Of a stretch of 64,000 nt of DNA, positions 13,155 through 25,960 are shown piece by piece. Position 1 is the stretch's first letter. The number at the start of each line of letters is the position of its first letter. The stretch is taken from contig NW_026515669.1 in the NCBI RefSeq assembly GCF_025526975.1, forward strand, positions 496,001-560,000, given 5' to 3'. Below the pieces are notes generated by a model, which saw only the letters and a program-made list of their open reading frames with translations, was not told where the DNA came from and did not search any database. The position numbers and the translations under genes are program-made. The DNA is from Fimicolochytrium jonesii. Lineage: Eukaryota.

Positions 13155-14723
13155 ATGGACGCCAAGAGGCAGAAACTGAAGGCACGGAAGGACCTGCTGA
13201 AGAAGGTATGGGCCGCCGTTGGCACTGGGCTGTGGGACGCTCTCTGAAAGAGAGCGGTGGTTGTGGCATGCGGAGCCTATCGCAGCGTTTCTCTGAGAGC
13301 CTCCAAGCACATGTGCACGCATTAACCGGACCGTACGTTTCGGCTCCAGGCTCTACTAAAAAGCAAGCAGCAAGGAGATGGCAAACCCACGGCGACAGCG
13401 TCACCACTCCCAAAGCCAGTCGTAGGAGCCACGAAACAGAATGCGGATAAGCAAACGAAAGAGGAGGTTCACAACTCGAAACCGAAGAAGCAGGTGAAGG
13501 TGGACGTGAAGGACCAAGCGATTGGCGCAAAGGCGCTAGAGGCGCAAGGTCAGAAGGAGCCAAAGCAGAAACTCACTGCATTGCAGGAGAAGATGCAGAA
13601 GAAGCTTGCAGGTATGTCGTTCAACCCTTACGTGTTACCGAATCCCTCAACAGCGGAGGCGTGGGCTGGCCATACTCACCCCTCCCCCTCTCCCAGGCTC
13701 AAAATTCCGCTGGATAAACGAAATCCTCTACACAAAAGACTCCCCCGCCGCCGTTCAAATCTTCACCCAAACCCCCGAATACTTCGACATCTACCACGCC
13801 GGCTTCCGCTCCCAAACCGAGTCGTGGCCCACCAACCCCGTCGATACCTTCCTCTCCCACCTCGTCACTTTACCCGCGGGCACCGTGATCGCCGATATGG
13901 GCTGCGGCGACGCCAAGATCGCGCAGGTGCTGAATGCGAAACGCAAAGGGCAGCTAACGACGCATTCATTTGATCTGGTTTCGAGAAGGCCGGAGGTGGT
14001 GGCGTGTGATATTGCGCATGTGCCGTTGGAGGAGGGGACGGTGGATGTTGTGGTGTTTTGTTTGAGTTTGATGGGGACAAATTTCATGGATTTTGTGAGG
14101 GAGGCGGGGAGGGTGTTGAAGGTCGGGGGACGGTTGATGATTGCGGAGGTGGTGAGTAGGTTTCCGGATTTCGAGGCGTTTGTGGAGGCATTGCAAGGGT
14201 TAGGGTTCAGGATGCTGAAGAAGGTGGGTGTGGGGTCGACGAGGCGACGAGTTTGCTGGTTTTGCTGTCCGCGTGGAAAAATGAGACTCACCTCTCTTTG
14301 GTGGAATGGTTATGATTTGTACAGGACGAGAAGAACAAGATGTTCATCCTCTTCGACTTTGTCAAAGCGTCCGATTCCGCCGACGCAGACGACTCTCATC
14401 CCATCACTGCCACTCAGAAAACGAAATGGAAGGAACAAGAACCACCATTCAAGTCATCAGCCACCGCAGCCTCCACCTCCGCTTTCACAGCCCAATCCAA
14501 GAAGCGGAAAGCAAATCCTCAATCAGCCAGTGCCGCAACATCAGAGCAAGATCAGGACCAACAGCCAGCGGTCTCTAAACGCGCCAAGCAGAATGCAAAC
14601 AAACAGAATGCGGGCGGAAAGAGCAATGTGCCCAATAAAAGCGCGCCTGCTTCTACGACGACACCCATGAAGACGACGAAGGATGGGCCGTTACTCAAGC
14701 CGTGCATATATAAGCGGCGTTGA
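13155..14723 (+). CDS. RRP8: 25S rRNA m1A methyltransferase Rrp8/nucleomethylin (4 exons)
   Basis: GSKFRWINEILYT, YHAGFRSQ..SWPTNP, IADMGCGDA, VVFCLSLMGTN, C-terminal LLKPCIYKRR. First exon MDAKRQKLKARKDLLKK. Confidence 0.96.
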
Positions 14724-15140
14724 CCCATACCGAAGAAAAGTTACTCGTTGTACATACAATAGGAAGGCAGGCGCCATGCATGCACCACCCTCTCATCGAC
14801 AAACGTAGATGTAGACTAGCCATAGAACCGGGCGCACGTTTCTTGGGCGGTAATTTAAGAATGAGCATTAGCACACCAAGTCCATTCTATGTTGTTGCAT
14901 GCAGCGTTTCCATTTGCTTCTGATTGATAAACAGCATGGATGGATGGTATACTACGTAAGTAATTGATGGGGATGTAGTAGGTAAGGCGGGCTACGTTAC
15001 GGCCTGTGCGTGGTGAAAGCACAAAGCACAGAAACGCACAATGTACATATACAATAAAACTCTCTCTCTCTCTCTCGGGGTTTAGGGGTGCAGATAAACA
15101 GAAAAAGGCACCCCAGATCCACAAACCCAACACTGGCAAT

Positions 15141-16414
15141 CTACTGGATATAAAAACTCAACCAACGGAACCCATCGCCATAACCCTGCTTCATAACGAT
15201 AGAGCACATGAACAGCTCGACGGGGCGGATATCCTTCAGCAGCACTTTCCCTTTTCCGGTGGTTTGGTACAGGCCAAGGGCGTGGCGGAGCTCTTCTTCT
15301 GAGACGGCGCCGCGGGCGTCGATCTTGTTGCCGAGAATGAGGAAGGGAACTTTTGAGAGCTCTTCGATTGATAAGAGGGCCTGCGAGGTGGTTGAGGTGT
15401 GAGTACACGTGTCTGCCAGTAAATGATACCAAACACGAACACTCACGTCAAGCTCGGCTTTACTCTCCGCGAACCGCTCCTGGTCGGCGCAGTCTACGAG
15501 GTAGACGATTCCGTGGACCTCTGGGAAGTAGTCTTTCCACAACCGACGCGCCTGTTGATGTCCTCCCAGATCATATGTCGTGAATTTGATGTTTGCTACT
15601 TGCAGTTCCTCTGAGGCTGTGTGTGGGGAGAGTCAGAGGAATCTTCAGCAACATCTCTTGAGGGGTGAAACCACAATGCGTGTGGGATAAAAACACGGCC
15701 AACCCATCGACCATCGACTATCGACACCATCAATCAAACATCAACCGTCAACCCATCCAACCTTCACCCATCAACCATCGACCAATCGACCATCAACCCA
15801 TCAACCCATCAACCTTTGGCGCAATGTGGTCCGCGAAGGCGTTCGCTTGGTCGACGCCGCTTTTGGTCGACGCCGCTAACTCTCGGTACCCCAGACCAAG
15901 CCAAGGTTCACCTCAAGGATCGCCTGCCTTGAACATCCCTGCGTCTCGCTTCACTCGCAAAGGCCTTCGCTCCGGTCGTCCTCGCTGACGCTCGGTGTCC
16001 CGGACCGAATCAAACCTCGCTGACACTCGGTCCATTCACCGCCCGCATCGCTAGCTTCGCTCGTGGCCAAACCATCCCCTCCGTTCCCCTCTCTCCCGCT
16101 CTATCTATCTTTCTCTCTCTTTCTCTCCCACTCTCTCTCGCGTGTTGGTGCTTACTTGGATGCAAAGTCGGGGTCAAGGTAGCAAGCCTGTCGTTCTTCA
16201 GCATATGCAACAGTGTCGTTTTACCTGCATTGTCGAGGCCCAGGAAGAGGATTTTGGCGTTCTTGTTGAGAAGACCTGGTTGGGGGTGGGATGTGTGCAA
16301 CGTTGCGCGTGAAGTGTGAGATCAGAAGGTCGAGAGGGAATCACGGAGAGGATGCCGGAAGGATACGTTACCCCAGTCTGATAGGAGGGATCTGAACCAG
16401 TCTATGATGAACAT
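15141..16414 (-). CDS. SAR1: COPII small GTPase Sar1 (4 exons; 539-nt intron 15617-16155)
   Basis: [64 protein letters not shown]. Confidence 0.98.
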
Positions 16415-16732
16415 TGCGGGATGGGGTGGGTGGTTTGGTAGTGTTTTGTGAGTGGGATTGTCGCACGGTGGAGAAAAGGCTTGGAAAACGAGACGGCGCA
16501 AGTTTGACAGAAAGTGACCACAGCGGCCGCTCCCAGCGCGTGCCAACCTCATCTCCATTCTGCACGGATCTCAGGATTCGGATCTACTTAGATGCCGCTA
16601 ATCATTTTGGGGACCGCCGCCGCCCATTTGATTAGGCTCCAGCGAACCGCCGCCCGCGACGCGCGCATGAACAACGTGTTCCTCCGCCGTGGGGATCTTC
16701 TCGCTTCCGCAAGCATAATCACATCTGCAACC

Positions 16733-17192
16733 ATGACCGTCGACAGTCCTCCTGCTACGTAGGAAGCAGCTACTGGTTTCCTTGGCAGGGAACATTCTCA
16801 TCGCCGCCCAACAACACCGTAAGTTCTCCGGAACAGGCGCTTTCCGGGTCGCCATCGATGGCGTCGACGGAGCTGGGAAAACAATTTCCGAGAAGAGCTC
16901 GCACTCGCTCTCACTGTCGTCGCCTCCTCCACCTCGTCACGCACTCCCTATATCATCACCGCCTCCGTCGACGGCTTTCACAATCCTCGTGCTGTTCGCT
17001 AGGCAAAACGTCTCCCGTGGGCTTTTTCAAAACTCCTACGACACTGTCTCCCTGAAAAAACACCTGCTTGGACCCCTTGGACCTCAACAATCCGACGCTG
17101 ATGAGACTTTAAAGACGTTTAGGACAGCTGTCTTCAACGTTGACACTGACACCCCTCTTTCTGAAGCTGACTCTCCCAGTATCCTCGATTGA
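16733..17192 (+). pseudogene. Frameshifted, truncated bacterial-type uridine kinase-like P-loop kinase
   Basis: Consecutive motif blocks lie in different frames: RVAIDGVDGAGKT | EELALAL...IITASVDGFHNPRAVR | GKTSPVGFF | QNSYDTVSLKKHLLGPLGP...FRTAVFNVDTD. Stop codons are present and the C-terminal half is missing. Confidence 0.8.
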
Positions 17193-17314
17193 AATGATTC
17201 GTGAGACTGTGAAGTCTTTCATTGGGGGCGAGAGCAGCCTTGGATGCAAATGCCCTCCCTGGTCATTATTGTAAGGTCGTGGCGAAGAGTGCCTAGGGTG
17301 TGCCTAGGGTGTGC

Positions 17315-18362
17315 CTAGGCAAGCACGACGCTGATAAGTTCCTCAATGTGCGAGTCCAACTCCGGCGCCACATCAGATAGCGCTGCCACTGGGGCATCAA
17401 AGGTCTCCATCACTGCCTGGAGTGCATATGGTATTACATCTGTGGCGGTTACATCTAGATTGTGAGAGCAGCAAGTTACAATGAGATGCGTGAAACTATC
17501 AACTGATTGATACCTTTGCAATGACTCTCACCTCTTCCAGTCTCAACAGACACTGATGTGACGCCTTTTCCAGGTAAACCACAAGGCACAATATGCTCAA
17601 ACCATCCCAAATCAGTCTTACAATTCAGCGCAAACCCATGACTTGTGATGTGACGACGCACTTGGATCCCCAAAGCTGCGATTTTCTGATCATCGTTCCT
17701 CTTTGGATTGAAAACCCAGACGCCTGTGTCATTTGTTGTGCGGGCCGTGATGTTGTAGTAGGAGCACAGGCGAACAAGCATGCTTTCGAGCGTTGAGACA
17801 TAAGTCCGAACTCCTAGCTAAGCAGGACGTCAGAGAAGTGCTATAGAAAGAAGCGCTTACATCAAAACTCCGCAGGTCAAATATGGGATATCCAACAAGC
17901 TGTCCTGGACCGTGGAATGTTGTCTGCCCACCTCTCAAAGTCTACTGAGGCCAGAAACCACTTTAAGTGGAGCTATTCCTCAGACAAAGACCATTGCACA
18001 ACCATAGTACAGCATACCTCATGGTAGTCTGCACCTAAAGCTCCGAGTCTTCTTCCCTCATCTACCTCTGTTCCCCTCACTCTTCGTCCAGCAGTGTATG
18101 TTGGGGGATGTTCCAACAGTAACAGCACATTGTGCCTCTGTTTGCCATCAGCAAGAGCCCGACTGTGGTAAGCCACCAGCTCGTCCTGAAGTTGCAAACC
18201 TAGGGCATATGGCACCGGAGACCTTATGTGCTTGTAAGCGATGGTGCGACTTGGGAGGGAAACTTGGGCGGAGGTAGTGAAAGCACGATGGCGGCGGACA
18301 GGGAACCACGGCCGGTGACGCCACGACCTTATCGTGCTCCTGTTGGCGGCCGTACAAGCCAT
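17315..18362 (-). CDS. LIP2: Lipoyl(octanoyl) transferase LipB/Lip2, mitochondrial (4 exons)
   Basis: LLEHPPTYTAGRR, RGGQTTFHGPGQLVGYPI, KIAALGIQVRRHITSHGFALN, IVPCGL. Confidence 0.96.
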
Positions 18363-18786
18363 TCAAGTGCTGCCTGTGGGTAGTCCGGCTGTGCGTTCTC
18401 CCTGGAGCTTTCTGGATATAGCGATATGCTAGGTGGGAAACACTGAATTTGGAACCAGCGGGCAGTCCAAGAAGTTGCGAAGAGTGAACAATATGCCCGC
18501 GCATAGGGTTTGACTCCAGGTTGCGGTCAGGGTTGCGGTGGAGAAAACAGTTTGTCCCCGGGTTGCGAACGCCTCAGTACGTTCAGCACGAGGTCAAGGT
18601 TACGCTTAACCGTAGTAGGGGACTATGCATTGCGCGTACCGCGTACCACAGACCCTCGGTAGCGGTGAGGCTATTATGAAGACCTCTTGCTGTCTCCCAG
18701 TAGTTTTGTGGAGTCCTGCACAAGGTGGAAACGATTTTCTGAGCCGCATTGCTTGACCTGGGTTGATAAATCTTACCGGAATCAGA

Positions 18787-21567
18787 ATGTCGTCGGACGT
18801 GGAGTTCGAACCAACGTCGCAGGACAGCTTCGACTCGTCGCCGCCGCCTGTGGCACGGAGCAAGTTTCGTATCCCGTATGCCGTTGCTTTGCTAGGTCAG
18901 TAGCTCCGCGTTCGCCTGGGAGCCAGTGGGAGGCATATCGTAACCGTCAAAGTCGTTGAAACGTCAGCGGCGACTATCCTGACCAGCGCCGCTATCGCTG
19001 CCCCGCTGGGTGTGCTCACGTTCAAGGGTGCAACTGACTCAACTGATACCAGTATGTATCCGTGAAGACCCAGCGAGTTGAAGAACACTACCTCAACCTC
19101 TATGCAGTGTTGGACGTCCTAAGATCCAGAATCATATCCGATGTTTCGAAAAATGGTATGATTAGAAGCCGGGCGCGGTGAACGCCAACATTTGTAGAGG
19201 CGGTATGACTCATCCGCGTACTTGCAGTCCTTGATATGGCGCAAACATGTAATCGCGGAATCGACGGTAAGGTAACGTTCAGCGCAGGAGTATGTTGGAG
19301 CCGTGCTGATGGTCCTTGCTATTAGACAATATGCACGGGATGGGCGTTCGAAGATTTTTGAGAGCCTTTAGGGCAAATTCCTCTGTCCGGATGTCCGAGT
19401 ACGAGCAAGTGTATGTGATAGGAACCAATGGTTGCATAGGCTTTTGGATTGAAGCGACACATCTGACGCTTTCACCAATACCACAACAGGATACAGAACG
19501 AGCTTATGGCCACATCGCAACGATATCAAAGTCAATCTGTGAGAGGCAGTCGGTCTTGAGTGGATCTAAGGAGGAAACCCCCCTTTCTGATGGATCTAAT
19601 GTCAGTAGGGCATCTTCATCACCGCTCCCGATGTGCCAGGGGAAGGAGAATACTATTGGGGTGAGGCTATGGGACCGAGGATTGTCCAGGACTTGGCGGG
19701 ATACTCACAGCTATTATGTCAAAAAGTCTCTCGAAACAACTCGATCGGGCAACAGTGTACAGCTCTGAATGTGACGCATGTACTGTGTATGAATGGGATC
19801 TATTCGTCTTCAGGCGGAATACTGGACAAGGTTGTGAGTTTCACGCCATCGCCGCCTGCGGTCGCTGTTCCGCGAAGTCTTGCGCGTGTACAAAGTCAAG
19901 AATACTTGGGGTCGTCCCTGTCTTGGCAATGGTACTTGCAGTTCCCGGCGCGGTTCCCTGAAGTGGTCTTTTGATTTCATTGAGTTCCCCCGCTATTTGC
20001 AGGAAACCGAGCCACTATGTCGAGCAGGGTACCAACCGAATAAGCGGCCGGTCTTGCGGGAGTAGGCAGTGGCTGAACGACGCCCCATCCGGTCCGCCGT
20101 ATCCAGACAATTTTGATGTCGCGTGGGGACAGATATTCGAGTTCCAGAAGCTTCAAGACTACCTGATAGTGAGTTCTACTTGCCTGATATCATGCTTAAC
20201 TCAGCTTAGCGGGAAACTTGCTCGCGTCGTCTTATTCCGTTCTCGAGAATCTTTGCTGACTTCTTTACCATTGCACCTACCTGCATCATTGATTTCTAGA
20301 CTTTGAAACCTACGGAAAACTCATTGCTGGTGTTGATGTAAGGCCATCGCTGCATGATTCCCATATATATCTCAAGCTACTCCTCATCAACTATCGAAAA
20401 TATCACCTTCACTCTCCTGATCGAAGAGAGCCCACAGGCGCAATGTGAGGCTCCCTATAACGGAAGAGCACCCTTACCTTTGTCTTTCAAGCTCACAAGA
20501 AGCAATATTCCTTCGTTTCAAGAATTGCCAGCAATAAGCAAGGATTGCTCTACACGAGCGATAATTTGATATCAGCAACCATCCATACTACGAATAACAC
20601 AATGTTGAAAGTAAGTACCCTTCCAGGATAAGGGATGGCTGTCGGCGACATTTCATCAGTAAGACTGTACTTGAGATACCCGCATGATAGTGACATCTCT
20701 CCTTACGCACCCCCTTCATTTCCATGACTCCATCAGTCAGCGGCCAACGCATTCCTCAACGGGAACAGCAACTTCCCCATGCAGCACGCCCAAGCACGTG
20801 TAAAAGACGGTCGTTACAACATCCGGGCGACGCTATACCATATCAGCGACGGGATGGGCTTCGACGTGATACTCTTCATTTTGATTCCCGACGAAGATCT
20901 GATCAGCGATCTGCTTCAAAGCGAGAAAGCCGCCATTGCGTCTGTCGCCGCCGTCAGCGTCGTTATGCTGCTTGTTGTTATTGCTACGAGTTATTCGTTT
21001 ACGTTGCCTTTGAAGCGTTTGAATGGGATTATGACCGCGGTAAGAGGAGCATAGAAGTGGGGTGACAGGTGTGATCTCTTTGCTCTTATTGATGCTTCCG
21101 CTCGGATATACAGGCCATCCGGTTCGACTTTACGGCTCTACGTTCAGACTCCATCAACCGGCGCTCTCTCTTCTACGAACTCGCGGTCATGGAAGACACT
21201 TTCGAGAACATGCTTCGGCGTTTCAGCAAGGTACGAGCGGACGACGTCAAATCTCAACTGACCCCACAAGGCTAATCATTCCTCGCAGGCTATCCAGGAC
21301 AACAGAACCTTCCGCAAACGCACCGCCGGCCCCGGCGTCCCGGAGACGCCCCAGGAGCGACGCAAACGGCTGAAAGTCGAGGCGGAATACCTCAGCCACA
21401 GCGAGAACGAGCGCGTGAAGGAGTACACCACCGCTTCGATAGCCAATGTTTGCGGAACGTCGGCTTTTGGAGCCGACCAGTCTTATTCGGCCGAGGATAT
21501 TACGTCGAATGACGATTCCGAGTCTCATGAGTATTCGGTCGACGTGGATGATAGCCAGGATACGTGA
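18787..21567 (+). CDS. Multi-exon membrane sensor-like protein: TM - extracellular (Cache-like?) region - TM - HAMP-like linker - acidic tail
   Basis: Spliced N-terminus MSSDVEF...FRIPYAVALLAATILTSAAIAAPLGVLTF (TM1). TM2 AIASVAAVSVVMLLVVIATSYSF, then TLPLKRLNGIMTA/AIRFDF...FYELAVMEDTFENMLRRF. Stop at 21565-21567. Internal exons are only partly resolved. Confidence 0.7.
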
Positions 21568-22538
21568 TGTTGCGTGCATTTCAACTCTTACAGTTTGTGA
21601 GCCACATGTGGCTCTATCGTTGTGGCACGTCCTCAATGTGTCACAGACGCCAGATCGCGGACGATGGTCAATAAGACTATCGTCCGCTGTCAGTTCTGTA
21701 GTTTTGTTCCGTCCTCCCGCACAGTGGGCCAGCCTGCCTGCTACTTCTGCAAATAATTGTTCAATGTTTTTTTTTGGATTTTTGGACTTTTGGTGTATAT
21801 CTTTTGGACATGTCTTGGTTATTTATGTACAATTAGGGCTTCGAATAAAGTATCGGTGGGGCGTCGTCGTCTGACGTTCATTTTTTTATGGCCTAGTCCG
21901 GCCAGAGGTTTATGACCTGTCCCATATCCTCGCAGATTCTTCGTCTGCAGGATCTGACCCACATCAACCTCTGGATGTTTTCAGGGAGGGTACGCAACAA
22001 TTCGACGTTGTCCGTTGCCCACAGCCATCATTCTCAACCCCCTAGCTCCATCGAACCCTCCTCGTCCGCCTGCCAATCGGGTCCGTCGTTCTCTCCAATC
22101 CGAGCTGTCCGTATGTTGTTGAGTTCGTACAGTGATTGCTTCGTGCACGAACGTCGAGTAAGTATCTAAACCCCGCGCAAAAGAAACGCCGAGTAAACCG
22201 TGTGAATGAGCGGGCCGGACGGGTTGAGCCGCGGGGAAGGAGCTGCGACCCGCGATTGTGTGGGTCTGAGATTTCGTGGCCTACTTCCATGCCCTCCTAT
22301 ATGCATATCAGCCTGAAGCGAAGGAGTATACATGCTTAATGGTTGAACGATACTCTCGTTCGATGGATGAGCAGCGTCAGTCGGTTGAATGGTTGGGGCA
22401 GATGGTTGAACGACCCCCTGCTCACTCCGCTCGCAAACAACGGTGTTGGCACATGTGTGATACTCGCAATCGCTCATATCTGCTCCTCGCTATCTATTGC
22501 CAAGGTGTTTGTTTTGGTCGTCGTTTGCTCCGCTGGGA

Positions 22539-23195
22539 CTACCCGGTCAACCTCCTGTTTGCCTTCATAAGTCCCACCCTCTCCCTCACCTCGTCCTCCC
22601 TATCCATCTCCCACCCGCTCTGCAACCCCCACCGATCCCTAACCCCCTGAAGGTTCCCACCCTCCATCTCAAACTTCAGCCCTCGCAACATCTCCCTTTT
22701 GGCGCCCACTTCTCGTTGCAGGTGGGTGTGAAACTCATCGATCCAGCTGACGGTTTCAAGGAGGGTGATGTGCGCTGGGTGCGGTGGTGGTGCCTGCGTC
22801 ATATTCGGGGCAGAGGCAATATGCTCATGCAGCTTGAAAACTGCATCCCGCTGTAGACTGTCCATGGCCCCCACCACCTTCTCAAACCCCCTCATCTCAT
22901 CATGCAATCTCTTCAACGTGTGTTCAATAGCAACCGTCTGCTTGCCCAGTAACCGCTCCACCAGATCCGGAAACTCATGCACAATCAAGGGCGTGGTGAC
23001 GCTGTTCCACCATCTGTCACCACTGGTGCTGGGTGAGGTAGCACCAAGTAAGGGTATTGTGTCATTGCGTTGGGATTGCAGATTGGCGAGTGAGTCGAGG
23101 AGGGAGGTTGTGCGGTCGTGGGTGGTGTGGTAGGTGGTGAGAAGAGTGAGGAGGCGGTCGAGGAGGGTGAGGGAGGTGGTGGATTCTACGTCCAT
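22539..23195 (-). CDS. C1orf109/AIRIM-like protein (intronless)
   Basis: LLDSLANL, FPDLVERLLGKQ, W-I-D-E and KREMLRGL...NLQGVRDRW parallel human C1orf109 as recalled (LLSSLSNL, FPDLKERLRRKQ, EWLQDI, NIQALPKAW). Length is similar. Confidence 0.72.
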   Translation of the reverse strand: MDVESTTSLTLLDRLLTLLTTYHTTHDRTTSLLDSLANLQSQRNDTIPLLGATSPSTSGDRWWNSVTTPLIVHEFPDLVERLLGKQTVAIEHTLKRLHDEMRGFEKVVGAMDSLQRDAVFKLHEHIASAPNMTQAPPPHPAHITLLETVSWIDEFHTHLQREVGAKREMLRGLKFEMEGGNLQGVRDRWGLQSGWEMDREDEVRERVGLMKANRRLTG

Positions 23196-23578
23196 ATCAA
23201 AGAGGGAAACGTAATGACTGCTATGGCCCTGTTGTTCGTGTACATCCGGTTTCGGGTGAGGGGGTTGTAAAGGTAGTGAGTGACTCGCTAAAGGCAGGCG
23301 AGTACGGGAGCAGGGAGCGACTGGAGCGAGAAGTCGACGAGTCGTGCAATGTCAACCCCGACCATGGCCTCTGTGCCCTTCCGTTCCTCGGTTCTGTCTG
23401 GGGCATGCCGAAGTCGGAAGCACCCGCTTTTCCCGGTTCGATGTCTCGGCTGTGTCTCGGCACAGGTCTCGGCATTAGAAGCCGCGTTCTTGTTTTGTTA
23501 CTTTTCCCCGTTCGCAAATTGGGTTTCGTTTGAGCATCCACCTCACTTGAACACCACCGCTCTCACCCGCCCACAATC

Positions 23579-24630
23579 ATGACACAGTCCAAGGCGAAGC
23601 CGTCCGCTCCCCAGGGGATAAAGATAAGAACAAACTACGTGCCCAAAGGTAGCTAGTGGGTGCTCCTACCGAGTCGCATTTGGGCCATTTCCCACCGAAA
23701 GCATGCTAACCATTCTTTCCCACGAAAATCTGTAGTCAAATCCAACCGTGGCAAGCCCCCATCCCAAATATGCCCTCGCTGCAATCAACCCGTCCCTGTG
23801 TCCGAAATGGGCGAGCACGTGCGCATCGAGCTCCTTGACCCGCGCTGGAAAGAGCAAAAAGACAAAGCCCGCGAACGCAACCTGGGTTCCAATCTCGACT
23901 CCAACCTCGTCTCGACCAACCTTAAGCTGCTCGCCAAGACCCGGCCGGACATTTTCGTTGGCGGGGATGAGTTGGAGGTTGAGAAGACGCTGAAGGAGCA
24001 GGAGAAGGGGAAGGTTATTTGGGATGGGCATACGGCGAGTATTGGAACTGTGACGCAGAAGCTGGGCCAGTCGGGGAATAGGGAGGAGCAGTTGGCGGAG
24101 TTGCGGAGGGATGCGGAGGAAGCGGAGGCGAGGAGGACAGCTATTGGGCCGAAGGTTCCGGTATGTATATATGCCCCACCGGCGTTGTATTATTTTGGGA
24201 GCATTTTGAGCGGATGTGCTGATGTACGTTCCAATTCTGATAGAACCAAGCATCGCAACAACGCCCAGCAGGTCTTCCTCCAGTCCCACCAGCTCCATCC
24301 ATGCAGCACGCGCCACAACCACCTTTCCAAGGGTACCATCAACCTCCGGCCGGTGCATATCCACCACAACAATCCGGGTATGCACCTGAAGACTCTTACG
24401 CAGACCCTTACTATGGCGGTGGAGGCGGGGGCTATGGTGGAGGAAATTACGACCCATATGCTGGACAGTATGGGCACAAACAGGATTGGCAAGGGGGTTA
24501 TGCGGCGTATCCGCCGGCGAATGCTTATCCGGGATATCCTCCGGCTGGCGGACCGCCGCCCCTTCAGCATACTGGGATGAAACGGCCTGGGTCCCCTGAT
24601 GGTGGGAACGCCGCGAAGCGTCATAAGTAA
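23579..24630 (+). CDS. SF3A1/Prp21 (SAP114) C-terminal-region-only protein (3 exons)
   Basis: KIRTNYVPK, QICPRCNQPVPVSEMGEHVRIELLDPRWKEQ, NLKLLAKTRPDIF, VIWDGHTAS, IGP, then a Pro/Tyr/Gly-rich tail. No SURP domains. Confidence 0.8.
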
Positions 24631-24958
24631 GTCATTAAATGTGGGGGTATTATAAGGGCACGGGAGAGGCCTGCTGTTTGTTCAAATGGGATCTTGGAAG
24701 GACGTATAAGGGAGGATGGCATTGTGAACCCCTTCACAGCGCGGTCGCCTTCAAGGTGATCCATAAATCTTCGCTCCTTCCCCTGTCTCGCTGTCTCCGT
24801 TTTGTTGTAGAAGCCCCGTCTGTTTTTTTCGAAGTGTTGTCACATATACCCAAAAAAACCTGCTCCTCCAATGTCACGCTGAATTGCTCGAGAAAGGCAG
24901 AGTTGTGCATTTATTCAACCGAAGGTCAAAGGCAGTACAACGAACAGACAAAGACTGC

Positions 24959-25960
<1,002 letters not shown>

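Noticed and set aside
21900..22500. Intergenic stretch with a small hairpin (GACCCGCG...TGTGGGTC) followed by CTGA, suggestive of a C/D or U3-like RNA
   Set aside because: No convincing box C, A or B and no rRNA complementarity could be identified
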